A stretch of DNA of 64,000 nucleotides from an uncultured Chloroflexia bacterium (GTDB lineage Bacteria; Chloroflexota; Anaerolineae; Anaerolineales; Anaerolineaceae). Below, in pieces: positions 36,742-47,171 of the stretch. Where the stretch lies: positions 5,533 to 69,532 of the forward strand of contig CAVVKI010000003.1 in NCBI GenBank assembly GCA_963749005.1. Reading direction: 5' to 3'. Each line of letters starts with the position of its first letter. Positions within the stretch are counted from its first letter, which is position 1. The notes under the pieces are model-generated. The model did no database searches, was not told where the DNA came from, and saw nothing but the letters and a program-made list of their open reading frames with translations. Both the position numbers and the translations under genes were made by a program.

Positions 36742-37920
36742 TCAAATAATACCGATTTGTTTCCCCACCTGCTCGAAAATGGCCAATACTTTATCTAACT
36801 GCTCATCGCTGTGTGTTGCCATATAGCTGGTCCGTAATAACTGGTGCCCTGCCGATACTGCCGGGCTAATAACCGGATTAACAAAAACACCGGCATCAAA
36901 TAGAAGCTTCCAAAACAAAAATGTCTTGTCATTATCACCAATGATAATCGGAACAACAGGCGTTTGCGACTGACCGATCTCAAATCCAAGCGATTTGAAA
37001 CCTTTTCGCATTTTCTCCCCGATTTTAATCACACGGGCAATACGGTCAGGCTCATCACGCATAACTTGCAAGGCTGCCAAAGCTGCAGCTGCATTCGAAG
37101 GGGGAATGCTGGCACTAAAAATCAGTGAGCGCGCAAAGTGTTTTATGTAATGGACAACCTCCTCTTTACCGGCTATAAAGCCACCTAAAGAGGCAAAGGA
37201 TTTACTGAAGGTAGACATTATTAAATCAACTTCATCTGTCAATCCGAACTCAGCGACTGTGCCGCGCCCTCCACCCATTACTCCCATACCATGGGCATCA
37301 TCGACCATTATGCGAGTATTGTATTTTTTCGCCATTGGAACCAGCTCGTCAAGTTTTGCAAGGTCTCCCTCCATACTGAAAAGCCCATCGACTACCAGCA
37401 ATCGGCCTCCCTCTTCAGGCAGTGATTTTAACACCCGCTCGAGATGATCGACATCATTATGCCGGTAGCGTTCTATCTTGCCATAACCCAATCTGGCCCC
37501 ATCGACAATTGACGCATGATCATCTTTATCCAAAATAACCGTATCATTACGCCCCACCAATGCAGAGACAGAACCAAGGTTTACTTGCATTCCCGTTGAA
37601 AAAACCAGGGCTGCTTCTTTTCCCACCCATTCAGCTAATTCATTTTCCAATCGTTCGTGGAATTCAAGTGTTCCATTTAGAAATCTTGAGCCTGTGCAAC
37701 TCGTACCAAAACGCTCAGTCGCTGCACATGCCGCCTCACGGACTTTGGGATGTGTTGTCAATCCAAGATAGTTATTCGATCCACACATGATCAATCGATG
37801 CCCTTTATATTCCACCTCTGTTCCTTCATTTTCAGTTAAGGGAATAAAATAGGGGTAAATACCATGTGCCATTGCATCTTTAGCTGTTGTAAATGAAAAA
37901 CACTTCTCAAAAATATCCAT
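36742..37920 (-). CDS. PLP-dependent alpha-oxoamine synthase (serine palmitoyltransferase/Kbl/BioF family; Spt-like)
   Basis: 392 aa. SNNYLGL, GSRFLNGT, HASIVDG, VDDAHGMG, STFSKSFASLGG (PLP Lys). The C-terminal region GVFVNPVISPAVSAGHQLLRTSYMATHSDEQL…GKQIGII closely parallels the Sphingomonas Spt C-terminus as I recall it. Confidence 0.85.
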   Translation of the reverse strand: MDIFEKCFSFTTAKDAMAHGIYPYFIPLTENEGTEVEYKGHRLIMCGSNNYLGLTTHPKVREAACAATERFGTSCTGSRFLNGTLEFHERLENELAEWVGKEAALVFSTGMQVNLGSVSALVGRNDTVILDKDDHASIVDGARLGYGKIERYRHNDVDHLERVLKSLPEEGGRLLVVDGLFSMEGDLAKLDELVPMAKKYNTRIMVDDAHGMGVMGGGRGTVAEFGLTDEVDLIMSTFSKSFASLGGFIAGKEEVVHYIKHFARSLIFSASIPPSNAAAALAALQVMRDEPDRIARVIKIGEKMRKGFKSLGFEIGQSQTPVVPIIIGDNDKTFLFWKLLFDAGVFVNPVISPAVSAGHQLLRTSYMATHSDEQLDKVLAIFEQVGKQIGII

Positions 37921-38124
37921 GGGTTTCCTCTAAACAATTATTATATAAATTATAGAAATTAAATCTTTTGTAGAACTATTCATAAAATCACACAATTATA
38001 CCTTTAAAAAGATGGCGTATCGCAACGTAGTCATTTCTTATTCATCCTTTGAAGGGTTGATAAGTTTTTCAATCGAATGCCAATGCTATAATAAACCATA
38101 AATTAAACGATTTGTGAGGTTTGC

Positions 38125-39021
38125 ATGCCACAATATTACGCTGGAATAGAAGCCGGAGGTACAAAATTTGTTTGTGCAATTGGCAATGGTCCTGAAGCAA
38201 TACTAATAGAAGAACGCTTTCCGACCACCAGCCCACGGGAAACCCTCTCCCGTTCGATAGCTTTTTTCCTTGATAAAAAAAGGGAATTGGGTATCCAATT
38301 AACCGCGCTTGGTATTGGCTGTTTTGGTCCGATCGACATAAACCCAGGCTCGCCTACCTATGGTTATATTACATCGACCCCGAAACCTGGTTGGTTGGAT
38401 GCTGATGTTGTTGGTCCATTATCAGATGCATTGAATATCCCCATCGCCTTTGATACGGATGTGAATGCCGCTGCTATTGCAGAAGGCAAGTGGGGTGCAG
38501 GAATTGAGATCGATAATTTTCTTTATCTGACAATAGGAACAGGTGTCGGTGGTGGTGCAATTATCAACAATAAACCACTTCACGGTCTCATTCACCCCGA
38601 AATGGGTCACTTATTATTAAATCCTGATCCTTCAGACACTTACAAAGGAAAATGCCCGTATCACCACAATTGTTTTGAAGGACTTGCGAGTGGACCTGCG
38701 ATTTCGGATAGGTGGAGCTGCCCCACCCATTCATTATTACCTGACCATCCAGCCTGGGACCTCGAGGCGAGGTATATCGCACAGGCATTGAGCAGTCTTA
38801 TTTGTTGTTTCTCACCACAGAAAATTATCCTCGGTGGCGGAGTTATGGAACAAAAACAACTGTTTCCGAAAATTCACAAATTAACCCGTGAGTATTTGAA
38901 TAATTACGTTCAATCGGATCTCATTATTAATCATATCGAAGAATACATTGTTCCTCCGGGGCTGGGCAACCAGGCCGGTATTTTAGGCGCAATTGCAATG
39001 GCACAGGAACTTAACGACTGA
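38125..39021 (+). CDS. ROK family sugar kinase (fructokinase/Mak-like)
   Basis: YAGIEAGGTKFVCAIG ATP-binding N-terminus, LTIGTGVGGG, and zinc motif H…CPYHHNCFEGLASG. Confidence 0.85.
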   Translation: MPQYYAGIEAGGTKFVCAIGNGPEAILIEERFPTTSPRETLSRSIAFFLDKKRELGIQLTALGIGCFGPIDINPGSPTYGYITSTPKPGWLDADVVGPLSDALNIPIAFDTDVNAAAIAEGKWGAGIEIDNFLYLTIGTGVGGGAIINNKPLHGLIHPEMGHLLLNPDPSDTYKGKCPYHHNCFEGLASGPAISDRWSCPTHSLLPDHPAWDLEARYIAQALSSLICCFSPQKIILGGGVMEQKQLFPKIHKLTREYLNNYVQSDLIINHIEEYIVPPGLGNQAGILGAIAMAQELND

Positions 39022-39044
39022 TTTTACGAAACAAATTATCAAGA

Positions 39045-41819
39045 TTACGCCTGCCAGATCTCGTCGATGCCGGCTCCTTTCAAACGGAACCAAATCACTG
39101 CCCGCCCCTGGCTTTTTAGGGATTCATAATCACCAATTGCCTGAGCCAAAATCAGATCCTGGAAACCTAAACCCCAGCCGGGTATTTTCACCTCCGGCAT
39201 CATTTCATTTGTGATCATCACAAATAAACCTTGATTGGGTCCTCCTTTATGTAATTGCCCGGTGGAGTGTAAGAAGCGAGGTCCGAAACCAAGCGTAGTG
39301 GCACTGCCTGTCCTTTCTAAGATATAAGAGCGCATCAGCTGTAAGGATTTAAAATTGTCATTATTCCGCTGTACATAAGCATTAATCGCAATATAGCAAT
39401 TTTCCTTAGCTGAGTCGAGAGCAAAATCCAACGTTTTCTTTAAAGTGTCGGCACCATTTAGTTCAATGTTTTCTGAGTGAAGAATAAGTCCATTTGAAAG
39501 TTCAAGAGCGGGTTTTTCAACATCAAATTTTCCTTCCTTCTTGAAATCCTCAATCTTTTCTTGTGTACGCAGCTTATTTTCCTGAACGTTGGGCTGGTCG
39601 AATGCATTGACTCCCATGATTGAACATGCAATTGCCGTTGCGATTTCCCAGCGATAAAACTCTTGACCGAGCGCATAAGGGCTTTTTAAATCAAAAGTAA
39701 TTACTGGATGATTATGTTGGATAAGTTGGTCTACCTGGGTTTGAAAATCTCCTCCATTGCGCAAATAAACAAAAAACCGGTCTCTTTGATAGTTTTCTAT
39801 GCTTGTAAATGGTTCACTATCAATTGGAACAATACCCAGCCCCATCTTTCCACTGGATTCGGCGATCAGCTGTTCCAGCCACGAGCCAAAGGATCGAAAA
39901 GGCTCTTCTGCGATGATCGTTAATTTATTTTTTCCGGATTGTAATGCTTCTCCCAGTATTGCTCCAAGAACCAGGCCAGGGTTCCTGCCTGTGGCAACTT
40001 CTGGCTGGCAATCTTTAGCAAAGTCAATTGTTTTATCAATAAATTCTTGCAAACCTATGCCCAATAATGCTGCTGGAACAAGACCAAACATAGTCAGAGC
40101 TGAATACCTCCCGCCTACATTTGGGTCTGCTTCAAAAACCTTTCGGAAACCCATTTCCCTGGCTTGATTAACGAGCAACGTACCCGGGTCGCTAATTGCA
40201 ATGAAATAATCACCCGCTTCAGCTCCATGTTTATCCTTCATCTTTTGATAAAAATAAGAAAGATTCGCCTGTACTTCACTGGTGCTGCCTGATTTACTGG
40301 CAACAATAAAGAGGGTCTTTTCTTGTTCATTACGCTCATCTTCTGCAAGCACCTGGCCAGGTTCAGTCGAGTCTAATATGGAAAGCGAGAGACCATGCAT
40401 TTGGCCAGCAAAAGATTGACCTATCACTTCTGCCGCCAGAGATGATCCTCCCATTCCTAAAAGAAGAAGGTGGGTAAAACCTTGCTCTTGAATTTCTTTC
40501 CAAAAAGCAGATAAGGCTGGTATCTTGCTCTTAGCTGTAAAAGGTGCCTGCAGCCAGCCCAGACGTTTTTGAATTTCTAATTGGGCGATAGAGTCTTTTG
40601 TCCAAAGAGAGCCATCTTTTGCAAACATGCGCGGCATGGTCTCATTTTCAGCTAAATTTTCGATTTCTTTTATGACTTTTTTTTCCAGGAAATGAAACGA
40701 ATTTTGAAACTCCTTTTTCCTTGCTTCTATCGTTTCGATTAAAGATGAAAATGCATTGGCAAATGACCTGACTCCTTCATCCTCCAGTTCTTGCGTAATT
40801 TCATCCAAATGAATACCGTAACTAGCAAGTTCATTTAAGAAATCATGGGCTTTATCAACCCCAGTGCCAATCGTCAGGTTGGTTTTTCCGTGATCACGAA
40901 AAGCCTGCAAAGTCTTTGGAGGAACCGTATTAACTGTGTTGTTACCAATCAGTTCTTCCACGTACATCACATCTGAATAGGCTGGATTTTTCGTACTGGT
41001 GGATGCCCAAAGTGGTCTCTGAGGCAGCCCACCAGCATTAATCAACTTCTGAGCTCGCTCACTTGAAAACATTTCTTCAAAAAGCTGATAAGCAACTTTT
41101 GAATTTGCAATAGCCGCTTTTCCCATGAGAGTTTTTGCTTTTTCCTTCGACAGATTACCAGCAGAAACAAATTCTTCCAGTTTTTTATCGATTTTGCTGT
41201 CCACCCGCGAGACAAAAAATGAGGCCACGGAGTTTATCTGCCCAATGGAAAGTCCATTTCGAAGGCGGTCTTCCAACCCGCTCAAATAGGCATCAATCAC
41301 CTCAGCATACCTTTGCACAGAAAAAATCAGTGTGACATTGATATTCTTTCCAGCAGCAATAGATTTGCGAATAGCGATCAAACCTTCTTTGGTTGCTGGA
41401 ATTTTAACCATCAGATTCGGACGATTTACCAACTTCCACAGGTTTAACACTTGCTGGTAAGTTGCTTCAGCATCATAAGCCAATTTTGGGTTCACTTCGA
41501 GGCTGACAAAGCCGTCTTTCCCGTCTGTTTTTTTGAAAAGGGGAGCAAAAAGATCCGCCGTATCTTGAATATCTTCTATCGCAAGCTGAAAAAAAATATC
41601 TTCCGCATCCCACCCAGCCCATGACATCGTTTGTAATGCATCATCATAATCACTGGAATTCGAGATAGCATTTTGAAATATGGACGGATTTGAGGTAACA
41701 CCGCGAATATCACCTGCTTCAATCAAAGCAGCCATTTCGCCATTTTTTAAAAGACGCCGTTCAATATTGTCATACCACAATGATTGACCCAATTCGTGTA
41801 ATTTTGTAATACTGACCAT
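39045..41819 (-). CDS. Bifunctional transaldolase / glucose-6-phosphate isomerase
   Basis: Start at ATG 41819 (MVSITKLHELGQSLWYDNIER). N-terminal transaldolase motifs (GVTSNPSIF, MVKIPAT) and a C-terminal PGI SIS domain (LLLGMGGSSL, ASKSGSTSE). Confidence 0.9.
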   Translation of the reverse strand: MVSITKLHELGQSLWYDNIERRLLKNGEMAALIEAGDIRGVTSNPSIFQNAISNSSDYDDALQTMSWAGWDAEDIFFQLAIEDIQDTADLFAPLFKKTDGKDGFVSLEVNPKLAYDAEATYQQVLNLWKLVNRPNLMVKIPATKEGLIAIRKSIAAGKNINVTLIFSVQRYAEVIDAYLSGLEDRLRNGLSIGQINSVASFFVSRVDSKIDKKLEEFVSAGNLSKEKAKTLMGKAAIANSKVAYQLFEEMFSSERAQKLINAGGLPQRPLWASTSTKNPAYSDVMYVEELIGNNTVNTVPPKTLQAFRDHGKTNLTIGTGVDKAHDFLNELASYGIHLDEITQELEDEGVRSFANAFSSLIETIEARKKEFQNSFHFLEKKVIKEIENLAENETMPRMFAKDGSLWTKDSIAQLEIQKRLGWLQAPFTAKSKIPALSAFWKEIQEQGFTHLLLLGMGGSSLAAEVIGQSFAGQMHGLSLSILDSTEPGQVLAEDERNEQEKTLFIVASKSGSTSEVQANLSYFYQKMKDKHGAEAGDYFIAISDPGTLLVNQAREMGFRKVFEADPNVGGRYSALTMFGLVPAALLGIGLQEFIDKTIDFAKDCQPEVATGRNPGLVLGAILGEALQSGKNKLTIIAEEPFRSFGSWLEQLIAESSGKMGLGIVPIDSEPFTSIENYQRDRFFVYLRNGGDFQTQVDQLIQHNHPVITFDLKSPYALGQEFYRWEIATAIACSIMGVNAFDQPNVQENKLRTQEKIEDFKKEGKFDVEKPALELSNGLILHSENIELNGADTLKKTLDFALDSAKENCYIAINAYVQRNNDNFKSLQLMRSYILERTGSATTLGFGPRFLHSTGQLHKGGPNQGLFVMITNEMMPEVKIPGWGLGFQDLILAQAIGDYESLKSQGRAVIWFRLKGAGIDEIWQA

Positions 41820-41867
41820 ATAAATTTTCCTTTCATTCCATTTGAATCTGGCTACCAATCTCGAATT

Positions 41868-42323
41868 CTACAGATGACCAAATTGTTCAAGTTTTTCGAC
41901 TTTTCCCATTCGTCTTATAAATCGTTCATCCAAATCCTTATCAGCTGAAAGAAATGCCTCTGTAACTTCATCTGCAATTGCGGCACCAATTATCCTTGCT
42001 CCTATACAGAGCACATTCATGTGGTCGTGTTCAACACCTTGATGAGCGGAATAATGATCGTGACATAAACCTGCCAGAATTCCATCCATTTTATTTGCAG
42101 CAATCGAAGCACCAACTCCCGATCCACATATGATAATCCCGCGCTCGGCCACACCACGTTGTATAGCATCACCCACTTTGAATACATAATCCGGAAAATC
42201 AACGCTGATTTGCCCATTATCAGTCCCGTAATCAATTACTTCGTGACCGAGTTGTACAACTTTATCTATTACGACCTGCTTCAGTGGAAAACCTCCGTGA
42301 TCACAAGCTATTGCTACACGCAT
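41868..42323 (-). CDS. rpiB: Ribose-5-phosphate isomerase B
   Basis: 151 aa. [15 protein letters not shown] and [14 protein letters not shown]. Confidence 0.9.
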   Translation of the reverse strand: MRVAIACDHGGFPLKQVVIDKVVQLGHEVIDYGTDNGQISVDFPDYVFKVGDAIQRGVAERGIIICGSGVGASIAANKMDGILAGLCHDHYSAHQGVEHDHMNVLCIGARIIGAAIADEVTEAFLSADKDLDERFIRRMGKVEKLEQFGHL

Positions 42324-42325
42324 TC

Positions 42326-44339
42326 TTACTCCTTTTCAAGTAATTCGTGGGCAACTTCAATGACATGGCTGCTGGTAATACCCAGATGTTCATATACATC
42401 CTGGTATTTTCCCGATTCACCAAAACGATCAAGACCTATCGTTACCCCATAATCACCTACCCATTGATGCCAACCAAATGTCACTCCGGCTTCCAGCGAA
42501 ATTCGTCTCTTTAAAGTTGGTAAAAGTACTTCTTGCTGATAACTTTTTGGCTGCTTTTTGAAAAGGTAAAATGACGGGAAAGAAACAACTCGAATTGAGT
42601 AGCCTTCCTGCTCAAGTTTTTCTGCAGCATCAATTAAAATCGCAATCTCTGAACCGGATCCCATCAAAATCGCCTGCGGATCATTCTTGCCGTAATCTCG
42701 AAGGATGTAAGCCCCTCTATGAAGTCCTTTTGCCGAAGAAAAATCGACTCGATTGATGGTGGGTAAATTTTGGCGGGACAAAGCCAGAAGTACAGGCTTG
42801 TTTTTGCTCATGATAGCTACCTTCCAGGCTTCACGCACTTCATTTGCATCGGCAGGGCGTAAGTCAATTAATTCCGGGATAGCGCGGAGTGAGGCCATAT
42901 GCTCAACCGGTTGGTGCGTCGGACCATCTTCTCCCACGCCTATGGAATCATGGGTAAATACCCATTTAACTGGATATCCCGAAAGTGCCGAAAGTCGAAT
43001 CGCCGGCCTGGCATAGTCAGTGAAAACCAGAAAAGATGCGCCATAGGCAATAACGCCTTTATGAACCGCCATGCCATTTAAAATTGCACCCATCGCGTGT
43101 TCGCGTACTCCGAAATGAAGGTAATGCCCCGAATGGTTGTCAGCTTGAAATGAAGTTCCACCTTCAATCCATGTGTTATTCGATGGAGTTAAAATCTGCA
43201 GACCCGCCCATCAATTCAGGTAATTTTTTAGCGAGGGCATTAAGTACTTTGCCAGAGGCAACCCGCGAACCCATCCCCTTTTCATCTGAAGGAAAAACTG
43301 GCAAGTCGAGATCCCAATCGTCTGGTAAATTGCCTTCTATTCGGCGAATGAATTCGGTGGCGAGTTCGGAATATTGGATTGCATAATCTTGCAATAATTT
43401 AGCCCAATTTGTGTCAAGTTCATGTCCTATGAGTAATGATTGTCGGAAAAATGAAAGGACTTCGTCCGGAACACAAAATCTGGGGGAAATTGGCCAGTTA
43501 ATTCGTTCTTTGGCTGCATTTAATTCCTCATCTCCAGGCGGTTTCCCATGGGCATCAGCTGTATCTTGCACCGTCGGCAAACCATATCCGATATGAGTTT
43601 TGCAAATTATTAATGTCGGCCGATCATCATTTTTTGCGTCATTGATTGCACGATCAATTAAATCGACATCATTTCCATCGGAGACGTGTAAGACCTGCCA
43701 ATGATACGCCTCAAAGCGTTTCGCCACATCTTCAGTGAATGCTAAATTTGTTTGACCATCAATTGTTATACCGTTATCGTCATAACAATAGATTAACTTT
43801 CCTAACTTGAGATGCCCAGCCAATGAAGCAGCTTCAGCTGTTACTCCTTCCATCAGGTCCCCATCCGTGACAATGGCATAGACATAATGGTCAACCAGAT
43901 CAAACTCAGCGCGGTTGTAAACTGAAGCCATGTGTGCCTCGGCAATTGCCATGCCAACCCCATTGGAAAAACCTTGCCCTAAGGGACCAGTTGTTACTTC
44001 CACCCCGGGTGTTAAGCCAAATTCAGGATGTCCTGGTGTTATACTCCCCACCTGGCGGAAATTCTGAAGATCTTCCATTGAAACTGAATAACCGCTGAGA
44101 TAAAGCAGAGAGTAAAGCAACATTGAGCCATGTCCGCCGGATAAAATAAAACGGTCACGGTTAAACCAGCCTGGATTGGCCGGGTTATGTCGCAAGTGTT
44201 TCATCCAAATGGTAAATGCAATTGCCGCTGTTCCCATTGGTAAACCCGGGTGACCACTATTTGCCTTCTGAACCCCATCAACCGCCAAAAATCGAATTGT
44301 GTTAATTGCTTTTTCCTGAAAATTATTGTCAAGAGTCAT
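42326..44339 (-). pseudogene. tkt: Transketolase interrupted by a single +1 frameshift (otherwise full length)
   Basis: ORFs 43176-44339 (TPP/PP domain, …[10 protein letters not shown]) and 42326-43093 (Pyr-C domains) are contiguous. The downstream frame reads …[40 protein letters not shown] upstream of its first Met. Removing one T from the coding-strand T4 run (plus-strand AAAA 43191-43194) restores the canonical GGSADLTPSNNT. Confidence 0.85.
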
Positions 44340-44440
44340 TTTGAACCTTTCTTTCGCTTAAAAAAATAATTGCTGGAATTATTATATCCTCTTGACTTTT
44401 ATAATTCGCATCTAAGTTCATTGTTAATATCGATTTATTA

Positions 44441-44468
44441 TTGACACGTCCAATTTACCTGATAATAT
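44441..44468 (+). promoter_or_regulatory. Promoter for tlpA-lgt (TTGACA, 16-nt spacer, TAATAT), positioned for a leaderless transcript
   Basis: TTGACA at 44441-44446 and TAATAT at 44463-44468. The ATG at 44476 is only 7 nt after the -10 box, and there is no SD. Confidence 0.5.
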
Positions 44469-44475
44469 TCCAGAT

Positions 44476-45027
44476 ATGCCCAACTTAAAATCCGTTCGCC
44501 TTCTCAGTAATTTAGCACTCATCGTTTTTTCAATTGTTTGGATTACTTTTACGAGTATCCGCGATACTAAGACGACAGAAGTCAAAAACGTCCAACCGCA
44601 AAAAGGGTTTCTCGCACCTAACTTTAGTTTACAAAGCATTTCAGGCGATACGTATAAGCTAAGTGCCCTGCATGGTAAACCAGTTTTAGTAAACGTCTGG
44701 GCGAGTTGGTGCACCCCCTGCCAGACGGAAATGCCTGCCATCCAAAGAATGTTTGATCGTTATGGATCCAAAATAGCCATCCTTGCGGTAAACAGCACAA
44801 CCCAGGATTCGATTGCGAATGTTACTGACTTCATCACGAAAAACCACTTTACTTTTCCGGTTCTACTGGATAAAGATGGATCTGTGACAAAAAGCTATCA
44901 AGTTCAGGCACTCCCGACAACATTTTTTATTAACGCCAATGGTATTATTCAGGAAGCCATAATTGGTGGACCCATGTCTGAAACCTTACTCGAAATTCGT
45001 ATCCAAAAACTCCTGGGTGAAGAGTAA
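44476..45027 (+). CDS. TlpA/ResA-family thiol-disulfide oxidoreductase (membrane-anchored thioredoxin)
   Basis: N-terminal TM helix, WASWCTPCQTEMP (CxxC), ALPTTFFI. Confidence 0.85.
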   Translation: MPNLKSVRLLSNLALIVFSIVWITFTSIRDTKTTEVKNVQPQKGFLAPNFSLQSISGDTYKLSALHGKPVLVNVWASWCTPCQTEMPAIQRMFDRYGSKIAILAVNSTTQDSIANVTDFITKNHFTFPVLLDKDGSVTKSYQVQALPTTFFINANGIIQEAIIGGPMSETLLEIRIQKLLGEE

Positions 45028-45782
45028 TGCTGCCAATTCTTAACATTGGTCCGTTGGCAATTCAAACTCCCGGTCTGATCATATTGATCGGCATCTGGCT
45101 GGGGTTGACTGCAATTGAAAGTAATAGTTCAAAATTCAGTCTAAATGGTAATACTCTCAGCAATCTGGTCTTGTTGTCTCTTCTATCCATGGTGTTCTTT
45201 GCCCGAATTGGATACATCTCGCAATATACGGCCATCTTTGCTGAAAGACCATTATCAGTGTTTTCACCAAACCTTTCACTTTTTGACCCGCTTTCAGGTC
45301 TGACGCTGGGGACAGTATTCTTTCTTGTTATGAGTCAACGCAAAAAACTACCGGTTCGTAATGTCCTAAACGCAATCACACCCGGTTTATCTGTCTTTGT
45401 TATTTTTTTCTTCTTATCTCTATTAGCCTCAGGAAATTATTACGGCCAGCCTTCCGCTCTTCCCTGGTCAATCTATCTATGGGGTCTCCACCGGCACCCC
45501 TTGCAACTCTATTATGTGTTAGCGCTTGTTTTACTTTGCGCGAGAATATTCTGGTTGATCGGAAAACCACAAGAAAGGCACATCCTTTTTTTTGAATTTC
45601 TACGCTGGTTTTCGGTAATCATCATCTTCCTCGATTTTTTCCGTGGAGATCTCGAAATGCGCATGGGCACTGTGCATGTATTACAAATTTCTGCATTCAT
45701 AAGTCTACTGATTTCGACCGCGTTGGTTAATAAGTTCCGAGAGAACCCGATCATCGAACATGCATTTTCTCCATCTCATTAG
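45027..45782 (+). CDS. Prolipoprotein diacylglyceryl transferase (Lgt) family membrane protein
   Basis: Polytopic. The N-terminus LNIGPLAIQTPGLIILIGIWLG, and GNYYGQPSALPWSIYLWGLHRHPLQLYYV, resemble the Lgt GNFxNxE…PW…RHPxQLYE block. Several canonical residues differ. Confidence 0.55.
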   Translation: MLPILNIGPLAIQTPGLIILIGIWLGLTAIESNSSKFSLNGNTLSNLVLLSLLSMVFFARIGYISQYTAIFAERPLSVFSPNLSLFDPLSGLTLGTVFFLVMSQRKKLPVRNVLNAITPGLSVFVIFFFLSLLASGNYYGQPSALPWSIYLWGLHRHPLQLYYVLALVLLCARIFWLIGKPQERHILFFEFLRWFSVIIIFLDFFRGDLEMRMGTVHVLQISAFISLLISTALVNKFRENPIIEHAFSPSH

Positions 45783-46153
45783 TTTTGCAAATTTATTCCT
45801 CAACTTCTTTAATGTTTATTGACAATTTCAGGTCTATTTGCTGAATTTCTCCATATGGTTTTCTTTTGGCCAACCATATAAAAGAATCGCTCTTGTAAAA
45901 AACCATGGTTGCCGGATGAACTTTGCGCCCTTCTGATAATGTTAGCGACGCACTCTGTTCAACCTAATTTACCAGCTTGAAAGAATAACGAAAAGTGAAA
46001 TATAAGATTCTCTACATTCCAAAACTAATTTAAACGAAATAAGGGGGATGGTTGATAGGTTTTCTTTCGAAAAATACATTCAAAAAATAGCTCAATTTTG
46101 TAATAATAAAAATTACTTTTTACTTCTATCAGATAAGACATGAAGGATGGTTG

Positions 46154-47170
46154 TCAGTTGTCTCGTTTGATAAGTTGATTGGTCAGTTCTTTAATCGTAG
46201 CCAAATCCTCAGGTTTAACAGAGGTTAATGCAATCAGCGATTTATTTGCCAAATTTGAGTAATACTGGGAAACATTTTCCGCATACTTGCGCGCACCGAT
46301 TTTTTCCAGTTCCATGATCAATCTGGCGATATCTTCTTCCTTTTTTTCCTGATTGCTCATTAAATCAATAATGGCGGGGTTATTTTCAAAACCAAAGACA
46401 ACCGGGAGCGTCTTTTTTCCATCTCTCAGGTCGGAAGAATTGGATTTTCCCGTTTTTTCTTCATTTCCCCAAATGCCCAGGACATCATCCCAAACCTGAA
46501 AAGCGATCCCCAGCGATTCACCAAAAGTACGCAGATAGTTTCTATTCATTTTAGAGGATTGAGCAATAATCGCGCCAAGTTCAGCCGATGCAGCCATCAG
46601 GGCAGCCGTTTTACCTGTGATCATTTCGAAATAATCATCACGTGAAATCTCTTCTCTTGTTTCGAATGTCATATCCAGGTATTGACCACCTGTGAGTGCG
46701 ATACAAGTCTGATTAAGAAGACAGGAAGCTTCGTATGCGACCATTGGATTAACCTTTGGACCCAGATGAAGCATGCTTAATTGTGCTAATGAAAACATTG
46801 CATCGCCACAATTTACAGCCTGATTTACTCCCCATAATTTCCACACGGTTGGTTTTCCACGTCTGAATTGGGACTGATCTTCGATATCGTCATGAATCAA
46901 GGAAAAATTATGCAGCAACTCAATTGAAGCAGCAGCCGGTAAAGCCTTTTGCCACTCTCCGCCACATAGTTGTGTGGTCAGCAATACAATCAATGGCCGA
47001 ATCCTCTTACCCTGGGTGTTTTGAGCACCTTCCTGACTTTGCCAACCCATATGGTAAGCCATCATTTCTTTAATGCCAGAAAATTGGGAGGGGATGTGCT
47101 GAAAAACGAGTTCCTTTAGAACTTCTTCAATATCAGGCAGCATTTCAGAAATTGTGTCCTGGAGGCTCAT
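46154..47170 (-). CDS. Polyprenyl (geranylgeranyl) diphosphate synthase
   Basis: FARM LIHDDIED, SARM DDVLGIWG, GKTAAL. Confidence 0.9.
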   Translation of the reverse strand: MSLQDTISEMLPDIEEVLKELVFQHIPSQFSGIKEMMAYHMGWQSQEGAQNTQGKRIRPLIVLLTTQLCGGEWQKALPAAASIELLHNFSLIHDDIEDQSQFRRGKPTVWKLWGVNQAVNCGDAMFSLAQLSMLHLGPKVNPMVAYEASCLLNQTCIALTGGQYLDMTFETREEISRDDYFEMITGKTAALMAASAELGAIIAQSSKMNRNYLRTFGESLGIAFQVWDDVLGIWGNEEKTGKSNSSDLRDGKKTLPVVFGFENNPAIIDLMSNQEKKEEDIARLIMELEKIGARKYAENVSQYYSNLANKSLIALTSVKPEDLATIKELTNQLIKRDN

Positions 47171-47171
47171 A

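Noticed and set aside
42326-44339. Naturally split two-subunit transketolase (TktA/TktB type)
   Set aside because: The break lies inside the conserved GGSADLxPSN block rather than between the PP and Pyr domains. The frames overlap, and a 1-nt correction gives one canonical ORF.
45783-46153. 370-nt gene-free gap with a 39-aa minus-strand ORF (MVFYKSDSFIWLAKRKPYGEIQQIDLKLSINIKEVEE)
   Set aside because: No SD, and an upstream in-frame stop limits it to 39 aa. No motif. It may be a remnant of a decayed gene, but I cannot support a call.
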